IMG/VR virus record: IMGVR_UViG_3300033153_012010
Coordinates: 4,088-68,087 of that record
Reading direction: 5' to 3' (one strand)
Source of the DNA: a virus
DNA: 64,000 bases
Under the pieces are notes generated by a model. That model saw nothing but the letters and a program-made list of their open reading frames with translations. It was not told the origin of the DNA and made no database searches. The translations under genes were made by a program, and so were the position numbers. Positions 27,088-36,200 of this stretch are shown here, piece after piece (position 1 is the stretch's first letter; the number at the start of each line of letters is the position of its first letter).

Positions 27088-29772
27088 ATGGCAACAATTT
27101 TTGTATCACCAGGAGTATTCACAAGAGAGCAAGATTTCACAATCTTTGCATCAAGGATAGGTATTACAAGATTAGGTGTTGTTGGTAAAACTCTTAAAGG
27201 GCCAGCCTTCGAACCAATCAAAATAAGAACTACAGATGACTTCCTACTTAGATTTGGGTCAACTGATGAAGATTTTCCACTACCTTATGTAGCAAACTCT
27301 TTTTTGGCACAATCTAACGAATTAACAGTTACTAGAATATTAGGTAGCAATGGTTTCACTAACTCTCCAGCATGGTTAGTTATAGCTGACATCTCTACTA
27401 CATATTCTGGAAGCACAACAGAAAGTGCAATGACATTCAGTCAATTTGGACAAGCAGCACCAATAACTTATACTTATGATATGTCTGCTAATACAGCGAT
27501 GTCTGATGGTACTGTATCTGCAGCAACTGTAGGTAACAATGTTTCACTTAACTTTTCAGGTTCTGTAACTTCAGATGATATAAACACAGCTCTTGCAGCT
27601 GACTCTACATATGTAGCTCTTGGAGTTACAACAACAGTAGATACTGCAGCGGCAGTAATGGGAGTTAGTTCATGGTCACTTGCTGTGACTAACGTTGAAT
27701 CAAACGGAGCCAAGTCTGGTTCTACACTTGCCGTTCTTAGAAGTAAGAGAAATCAAATTGATAACACATGGTATTTCAACGAAGAAAGCGATGTGACTAT
27801 TGGAGCAATCACAAGTACACTTGGAGCATTTTCTCTTAGTGCAACTACTGGGCCTCTTACAGGACAAACAAATAGTGGATATACAGTTTCTCTTGATGAA
27901 ACTAGAGAAGATTACATCGTTAAGATTCTTGGGAAGTCTCCAGAGATTATTGATGGAACTCCAAACCTTTACGTTGAAAGAATATATCCTCACTTCGTTA
28001 GAGAAGCTGATGCGGTAATAGATATTGATAATGTAAACTCAGACCTTGTTTATACAAATGAGACAGCATATACAGATTTTGCTAATAGCTATACAAATGC
28101 TACTACTCCATGGGTGGTATCAAGAGTAATCGGTGGAGATGTTAAGAACTTATTTAAAGTAGAGACTATCTCTGATGGTGATTCTGCAAACGTAGAAATT
28201 AAAATCTCAATATCAAACATTGACATTAATAACCACACATTCGATATAATCGTAAGAAGATTTGAAGATACAGATGCAAATGCATCATCTACAGCTCTTG
28301 AAAGATGGTCAAACCTTTCTCTTAGAGAAACTGACTCAAACTATATTGCAAAAGTAATCGGTACGACTGATGAGTCTTATCCAATAAAGTCTAGCTTTAT
28401 TACAATTACTCTAGCAGCATCTTTCCCAACAAATACTGTTCCTGCAGGATTTAGAGGATACGAATTAAGAGAAACTGGAATTTCAGGTTCTACTTCATCA
28501 GATGTTTATTACAAGACTGGATACTTGTCAGGAGATTCAACATTCAAAACATACCTTGGTATTTCTGAACTTGGATACACTAACTTTACAAGCGACCAGG
28601 TTTCAACTAAAACTTCAATCAAGTCAATCGAAAGAGATTTATTTGCATACGAAGGTGGTACTGGAACAGGTACTAGAACAGTTAAAGGATTCCACATGGA
28701 AAACACTGCTGACTCAACTGCGTTTATCAGTGGAGATGAAAATTCTCTTACAGGATATACAAACACAGCTGGAACACTTGTTGATAGAAACAAACTTAAA
28801 TTTACACTTGTACCTTCTGGCGGATTCGATGGATGGGATAAGTACAGAACTTTTGCAAACCTTTACGAAGAGTTTACAGATGTATATACAGCAAACATTA
28901 ATTCATTCAAGAGCGGTCTTGATGAAATGGCAAATGCAGAAGTGGTAGACATTAATGTTCTTGCTACTCCAGGTGTAGACTACAGTAATAACCAAACAGT
29001 TGTTAAGTACGCACTTGACATTGTGGAAGATAGAACAGATTCAATCTATGTGATTGATGCACCTAGATTAACTGCAGGTTCTGTGAAAGGAACTCCAGAA
29101 GAAGTGGTTTCAAGTCTTGAATCAACTGGTATCGACAGCAACTATGCTGCAACATACTGGCCTTGGATTCAAATTGAAGACCCTAACTCTGGTAAATATA
29201 CTTACCAATCACCGACTATGATGGCGGTTCAAACTTTTGCGCTTACAGATAATATCGCTGCGCCATGGTTCGCTCCTGCTGGATTGAATAGAGGTCTTGC
29301 TGGTCCACAAGTGATTAGAGCTGACGTTAGATTAACTAACAACCAAAGAGATACACTTTACCAAGGTAGAGTTAACCCAATTGCAACATTTGTACAACAA
29401 GGAGTTGTTATCTGGGGACAAAAAACTCTTCAGGTTAGACAATCTGCTCTTGATAGAATTAACATCAGAAGATTGTTACTTCAAGTTAGAAGATTGGTTG
29501 CAGCTGCATCTCTTACATTATTGTTCGAGCAAAACGACCAAACTCTTAGAGACCAATTCTTAGCGAAGGTTGAGCCTATCTTACTTCAAATTCAAAACCA
29601 AAGAGGTTTAAGCGCCTTCAAGGTAGTGATGGATGATAGTAACAACACTCCAGATACAATTGATAGAAATACATTAGTTGGTAAGATTCAACTTCAGCCT
29701 ACAAGAACAGCTGAATTCATTGACCTTACTTTCCAAGTATTGCCTACTGGAGCACGTTTCGAAGATTTCTAA
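27088..29772 (+). CDS. gp18: Contractile tail sheath protein (T4 gp18-like)
   Basis: FVSPGVFTREQD, KGPAFEP, YAATYWPW, PWFAPAG.NRG, RDTLY..RVNPI, WGQKTLQ, LDRINIRRL and PTRTAEFI motifs. Confidence 0.97.
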   Translation: MATIFVSPGVFTREQDFTIFASRIGITRLGVVGKTLKGPAFEPIKIRTTDDFLLRFGSTDEDFPLPYVANSFLAQSNELTVTRILGSNGFTNSPAWLVIADISTTYSGSTTESAMTFSQFGQAAPITYTYDMSANTAMSDGTVSAATVGNNVSLNFSGSVTSDDINTALAADSTYVALGVTTTVDTAAAVMGVSSWSLAVTNVESNGAKSGSTLAVLRSKRNQIDNTWYFNEESDVTIGAITSTLGAFSLSATTGPLTGQTNSGYTVSLDETREDYIVKILGKSPEIIDGTPNLYVERIYPHFVREADAVIDIDNVNSDLVYTNETAYTDFANSYTNATTPWVVSRVIGGDVKNLFKVETISDGDSANVEIKISISNIDINNHTFDIIVRRFEDTDANASSTALERWSNLSLRETDSNYIAKVIGTTDESYPIKSSFITITLAASFPTNTVPAGFRGYELRETGISGSTSSDVYYKTGYLSGDSTFKTYLGISELGYTNFTSDQVSTKTSIKSIERDLFAYEGGTGTGTRTVKGFHMENTADSTAFISGDENSLTGYTNTAGTLVDRNKLKFTLVPSGGFDGWDKYRTFANLYEEFTDVYTANINSFKSGLDEMANAEVVDINVLATPGVDYSNNQTVVKYALDIVEDRTDSIYVIDAPRLTAGSVKGTPEEVVSSLESTGIDSNYAATYWPWIQIEDPNSGKYTYQSPTMMAVQTFALTDNIAAPWFAPAGLNRGLAGPQVIRADVRLTNNQRDTLYQGRVNPIATFVQQGVVIWGQKTLQVRQSALDRINIRRLLLQVRRLVAAASLTLLFEQNDQTLRDQFLAKVEPILLQIQNQRGLSAFKVVMDDSNNTPDTIDRNTLVGKIQLQPTRTAEFIDLTFQVLPTGARFEDF

Positions 29773-29794
29773 AAACAGAAACATAAATAAAATT

Positions 29795-29828
29795 AAAAGA
29801 GGATTTGGAAACATCTCCTCTTTTTTTT
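29795..29828 (+). terminator. Intrinsic terminator after the sheath gene (overlaps a promoter)
   Basis: aaaagagga...tcctctttt followed by a T run. Confidence 0.75.
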
Positions 29829-29835
29829 ATATTTG
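29804..29835 (+). promoter_or_regulatory. Bacteroidota-type housekeeping promoter
   Basis: TTTG (29804-29807)-N20-TATATTTG (29828-29835), an exact consensus match. Confidence 0.8.
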
Positions 29836-29840
29836 CGCTA

Positions 29841-30165
29841 GATTAGAAGTTCAAAGTTTCGTTACTTCTGTTTGGCTTTTAGAAAGTTTTGAAGTCAAGA
29901 ATTAAAAAACGATTTTAAAGAAACGTCTGTTAATGTAGTGCAGTGATGAGTAACCCTCGGCAATGACCCACCACCGTCAACCGAGTAGGAGTTTGAGAGA
30001 TTGACTTTCCTATAGTCACCCGAATTGTAAAGGGATTCGGCTTGCAACACGATTAGCGCAACCGCTTGGTAACTTTCCAAGTCTGGCGGTTTCCCCTAAG
30101 TATAGAGTATATTCAAAGACTCTCAAAGGGTAGGGTGGAATGTATCTATATTTCATGCTTCTAAA
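29841..30165 (+). ncRNA. Putative large structured ncRNA of unknown class (~320 nt)
   Basis: GC-elevated intergenic segment with its own promoter, a 5'/3' closing helix, at least six hairpins and several loop-involving long-range pairings. Confidence 0.72.
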
Positions 30166-30204
30166 ATGATTTTGGCCACTATTTATAAATAAACAAACTA
30201 CTAG

Positions 30205-33200
30205 GTGGCAATTGATTTCATATATCCAGAGGTAAGAATAAACCCAGAGTATAAGTTTAACGAGATAATGTCTGGTTATAACTATAACTTTACATTGTTA
30301 GAAAATTTTAATGAGCTAACAGGAATAACTGTTGTTGGTAATTTAACAGTTACTGGAGATACTTTTCTTAACACTTTAATAGCAAATTCTATAAGTGCAT
30401 TAACGTTCTCTGCTGATACTATCTACTCTGGTAGTACAGATTTATCATATGTGTTTTTTGTTGGGCCTACAGCGTCTACAAATAACGCTATAGTCAAGTT
30501 TGGAGATACTACTGGAAGGCTTGGAGAGAATACTGGAATTATAATTACTGATACAAATTCTATTACTGGGATTACTGGTATGAATATGGACCTTGCTTCT
30601 GGTGATAATTTTACAATAGATGGAGAAACAAACTTAAGAGGTGTAACAGTTGGTGCAGTTAGACAACTTCACATGCCATCAATACCAGGAACAAGAGCAT
30701 ATAACTTTCAAGTTAATACTAATGGGTTTGCAGATACTAAAGCTATTGAAGTAAATTATACATCTCCTTCATTTGCTAATAACGACCAAGCATCCGTATT
30801 CAATATAAATGTTGATACTGATGATGCTACTGGTGGACAAATAGATGCACTTAGAGTTTCTACATTAGGAGCAACTGCAACAACGGTTCATGGATTGCAT
30901 GCAGAAATACAAGTACACCCAATTCATCAACACTCTGGTGAATTATCAGATATGGATTATGCTTTCAGTTCTGATTCTACTTTTACAACATTTGAGAATG
31001 TAACAAACTCCTTCAATAATGCATCTGCAGATACTACAATGTTTAGTAGTTATCAAGATTATATAGTAATTGGAAACGCTAATCAGTTTGTAGAAATGTC
31101 ATTTAACCTTGACACTCCTACAACAAACCCTGGAGTTATTCCAAGTTTCGAATATTCAACAGGAGGAACAGGATGGGCTACTCTTGCTCCAATTGATAAT
31201 ACAAATGGGTTTAGACAAAATGGTGGTATTAGTTTTTCTATACCAACAGATTGGTCTGCTGATACAGTTAATGGTGTTTCTGGACAATATTGGATTAGAA
31301 TAAGAAGAGAGAAAACAGGAAATCTATCAACAATTCCAATAGAGAATCAAGTTCAAATAGCTGTTGTAAATGAGTACTATTGGGATAAATATGGGAATGT
31401 TTCAATAAATGATTTAGATGTAGCAGGAGTGATGTCTTCAGGTGGGACAGACCTTTATGATATATTTTTAACAAGCGTTTCAGATGGAGATATTACAAGA
31501 GTTCAACCAGGAACGAATATTTCAACTGGTGGAACAGGGAATCTTCCAACTATAAATCTTCTTGATGACATTTTATTAAATTCTATTTCAGCAACAACAA
31601 TTTCTGGAGGAACATTTTATTCTGGTGGAACAGACCTTTACAATATATTCTCAACTTCAGCTGGAGTAACTGGCTCAGGAACAAATAATACGATTCCACT
31701 TTGGAATGGAACAACTGCGCTTGATGATTCTATAATCACACAAAATGGAACAACAGCTCTTACAATTTCTGGTGATATAATTATTGGAGGAAACGTTGAA
31801 GTACTAGGAACAGCAACAACAATTAATACGCAAGATTTATTTGTTATAGATAATACAATAACACTTAATTCAGGTGGAACGCATATTTCAGCTATTGGAG
31901 GTGGTCTGTTCGTTCAAAATGGTGTATCAACTGGAAATGATTCTTCTTGGTTAATTGATTCTAATGGAAATTGGATAACACCTCAAGGAATCTATTCAAA
32001 CTTTATGTCTGCAAACACAATGAGTGCTGAGACAATAAATGGAGGTGTATTACTTTCTGGTGGAACTGACCTTTACAATATATTTTTAACAAGCGCAGAC
32101 GGAAATGATATAACAAGAGTTCAAGATGGAGTTAATATTTCAACTGGTGGTACAGCAAATGAGCCAACCATAAACCTTGATGATAACATTGTTCTCGGCT
32201 CTGTTTCAGCAACTACTGTAAGTGCTTCTACTTTTTATAGTGGAAGCACAGATTTAATGGATATATTTCTTACTGCTGCAGATGTATCAGGTTCAACAGT
32301 AAGTCCAGGAGCAAATATTTCTGTTGTAAATTCTGCACTTGATTATGAAGTGTCTGTAGTTGATTCGCCTTCTTTCAATAATGTATTGTTTTCAGGAACT
32401 GCAACTGGTGGAGATATTATTGCAACAACACTAAGTGGTGGAACACTTTATTCTGGAGCAACTGAACTATCTACTTTATTTGCACCAGCAGGTTCAAATA
32501 CAGATGACATTACAAGAGTTCAAGATGGAACCAATATTTCAACTGGTGGTACAGCAAATAACCCAACTATTAATTTGGATGACGATATTGTTCTTGGTTC
32601 GATTAATGCAACAACATTAAGCGGAGGAACTCTCTATTCAGGAACAACTGAATTATCAACAATATTTGCTCTTGCTGGAACTGACACAAATTCATATGTA
32701 ACAGGATTCACATATGATAATGCGAATGCATTAACTATAGCTGTTAATAATGGAAACAATTATACAGCTGTTATTGATGAGATGACTGGATTAACTGTTA
32801 GTGGAAATCTTTCAGCAACAACTTTTTACTCAGGTTCAACAGAGCTTGGTTCTTTATTTGCACTTGCAGGCTCAAATACAGATGACATCACAAGAGTACA
32901 AGGTGGAACAAATGTGTCAACTGGTGGAACAGCTAATGCTCCAATAGTTAATTTGGATGATGATATAGTTTTAACTTCTGTTAATGCAATTTCTATCTCT
33001 GGAGGAACAATATTTTCTGGGACAACAGACTTGAGCGATTTATTTATTCAGAGAGTTCTTCAAGTTGATTTTAACTCACACACAGGAAATACAAACAATC
33101 CACATTCAGTAACTGCATCTCAATTAGGAGTTTATACAACATCTCAGACAGATAATTTATTAAATACAAAAGCTGACTTAAGTGGTGCAACATTTACAGG

Positions 33201-36200
33201 AACTATATTTACCCCTTCACTAAGTGCAACAACATTAAGTGGAGGAACATTATATTCTGGAGCAACTGAATTATCTACTTTGTTTGCACCAGCAGGTTCA
33301 AATACAGATGATATTACGAGAGTTCAGCCTGGAACAAATATATCAACTGGTGGAACAGGTAACTTCCCAATTGTAAGTATTATTGACGACATTGTTCTTA
33401 ATTCTGTGAGTGCGACAACAATGTCTGCAGCAACAATAGATGGTGGTGTATTGCTTTCTGGTGGAACAAATCTTTATAATATATTTGCAACTGCTGGTGG
33501 TGGTGGTATTTACGATGGAAGTGGAACTTCTCCTTCTGGAACAACAGTTGCTATTGGAGATAAAATAAACTTCGATTCAAATACTTTTGTAATTGATGCA
33601 ACTCAAAGTAGTGTTGGAATTGGAACAAACTCTCCACAATCTGGATTTATATTTGATGTAAATGGAAATAGTATTTTTAGAAATTCTATATATATTAATG
33701 GAAAAGATTTAATAAATTCAACCACTCTTTCTTATAGGCTTTCAGCTACTGGTGGTGCTTCTTTTGTTAATGATAATGGTGGTAATTTTGGAATAGGAAC
33801 ATCTATTCCAAATTATAAACTTGAAGTAAGTGGTACATCAAATACAACAGGGATTATGTATTCAGCTGGAACGCCACTTGATACTATCTTTGCATTCGCA
33901 GGAACTAATACAGATGACATCACAAGAGTTCAGGGTGGGACAAATATAAGCACTGGTGGAACAGCAAATGCTCCAGTTATAAATCTTGACGATAACATAA
34001 CTCTTGGTTCGGTTAATGCAACAACATTAAGCGGAGGAACTCTTTATTCTGGGGCAACAGAACTATCAACAATATTTGCACTTGCGGGAACTGACACAAA
34101 CTCATATGTAACTGGATTCACATATGACAACGCCAATGCATTTACTGTGGCTGTTAGTAATGGAAATGACTATACAGCAGTTATTGATACAGTAACTGGA
34201 TTAACTATAAACGGTGGCGTAGGTTCATTAACTAATGGGTTAAAATTTGGTGATGGAGATACAGGTATATTTGAAAAAACAGATGATAATTTATATTTTA
34301 CTTTCGCAGGGACAGAAAGTTTTTATGCTAACACTCTAAATATTGCAGGTACAAATAATAACGCTTTTGCTGTTTTAAATGAACAAGCAACATCAACAAA
34401 TCCTACATTAGTTCCTAGTAGAGGAGATTATGACACAGGTATAGGATATGGAGGAGTGGATATTCTTAGTCTAATAGCTGGTGGGATTGAGGCAGCAAGG
34501 TTTACTGTAACTGGAGAAACGATTAATAAAAATTTAGAATTAAAACACACATCTGCATCAACTATAGGCGTAATATACAAAGATTCAGATAGATTTATAC
34601 ATAATTATGCACATCATTCAGGTGCAACTGCAGTTCCGCTAGGTAATAATACATTTGTAGGGATAGGTGCTGGTAACTTTACAATGGGAGAAACAGCATC
34701 AGGGTCATGGCAAGGTTCTGCTAATGTAGGAGTTGGATGGAAAACTTTAGAAGCAACAACAACTGGTTATAAGAATACAGCTTTAGGTTCTGAGGCACTT
34801 GTTTCAGTAACAGACGGTCATTCTAATATGGCAATTGGTAACCAAGCTGGGAGAAGAATAACTACGGGTGATTTTAATGCTATTATTGGAGAAGCTGCTT
34901 TAACATATAATGTGACTGGTAATAGAAATTTAGCTATAGGACAGAGTGCTGGAGCAGGTTCTTCAAATCTTTCTGATTTCAATAACACCGTATTACTTGG
35001 TTATCAAGCAGGGTTTGAATTATTAACTCTGGGTTCAAATAATATATTAATAGGATACAGAGCGGGTGATACTTTAGAGGCAGGAGATACAAACATATTA
35101 ATCGGTTATGATATTGACGCACCTTTACCTAGTAGTTCAAATGTTTTAAATATTGGGAATTTAATATTTGGTACAGGAATAGATGGTATTGGCACAGCTA
35201 TTTCATCTGGAAATATAGGAATAGGAACAACAGCTCCAGCTTATAAACTTGAAGTAAGTGGTACATCAAATACAACAGGGATTATGTATTCAGCTGGAAC
35301 TCCACTCGATACTATCTTTGCTTTTGCAGGAACAAATACAGATGACGTAACCAGAGTTCAGGGTGGAACGAATGTATCAACAGGAGGAACAGCGAATGCT
35401 CCGACAATAAATTTAGATGATGACATAACTCTTGGTTCAGTGAGTGCAACAACAATTTCTGGAGGAACTCTTTATTCAGGAGCAACAGAACTATCAACAA
35501 TATTTGCACTTGCTGGAACTGATACAAACTCATATGTAACAGGATTTACTTATGATGATTCTAACGCATTTACTGTAGCTGTTAATAATGGAAATGACTA
35601 TACAGCTGTCATTGATACAGTAACTGGATTAACTATAAATGGTGGCGTAGGCTCATTAACTAATGGGTTAAAGTTTGGTGATGGAGACACAGGAATATAT
35701 GAAAGTAGTGATGATAATTTAGTTATAAAATCTGCAGGAATTTCAAGCGATGTTATTTCGTTTCACATAAACACTGAAAGGTTTAGAATGGAAGCAGACA
35801 CTTTCTATACAGCAGTTGCAGGAGAATTTGCTATAGTAGGAGAGACACCATCATCAACTAACCCTGTATATACCTTTAACGGAGATTTCGATACAGGAAT
35901 CGGTAGAAATGCAATTAATGAACTTTCTTTAATAGCTGGTGGAATTGAGGCGGCAAGGTTTACAACAGGAGTAACGTTTGTTACTGGAGATTTAGGAGTA
36001 GGAACATCAAGTCCACAACATGAACTTGATGTTAATGGAACAATTCAATCTAGTGGGCCTAATTTTACTGGTTCAGAAGGGGGGATGTTAATAAGAAATC
36101 AATATTCTGGAGGTTCAAGAACAGGTGGATTAAGAATAGGTGGAACAACAACAGAGCAAAAATACGCTGATTTTTATTGGGAAGACGGAACAACATTTAC

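Noticed and set aside
29895-30080. 61-aa minus-strand ORF in the sheath-fibre gap
   Set aside because: Non-ATG start and atypical composition; the + strand promoter and base-pairing explain the region better.
29841-30165. tmRNA, RNase P RNA, tRNA or group I intron identity for the structured RNA
   Set aside because: No tRNA-like acceptor/T-arm ends, no recognisable RNase P P4 signature, and no interrupted gene; no class could be assigned by eye.
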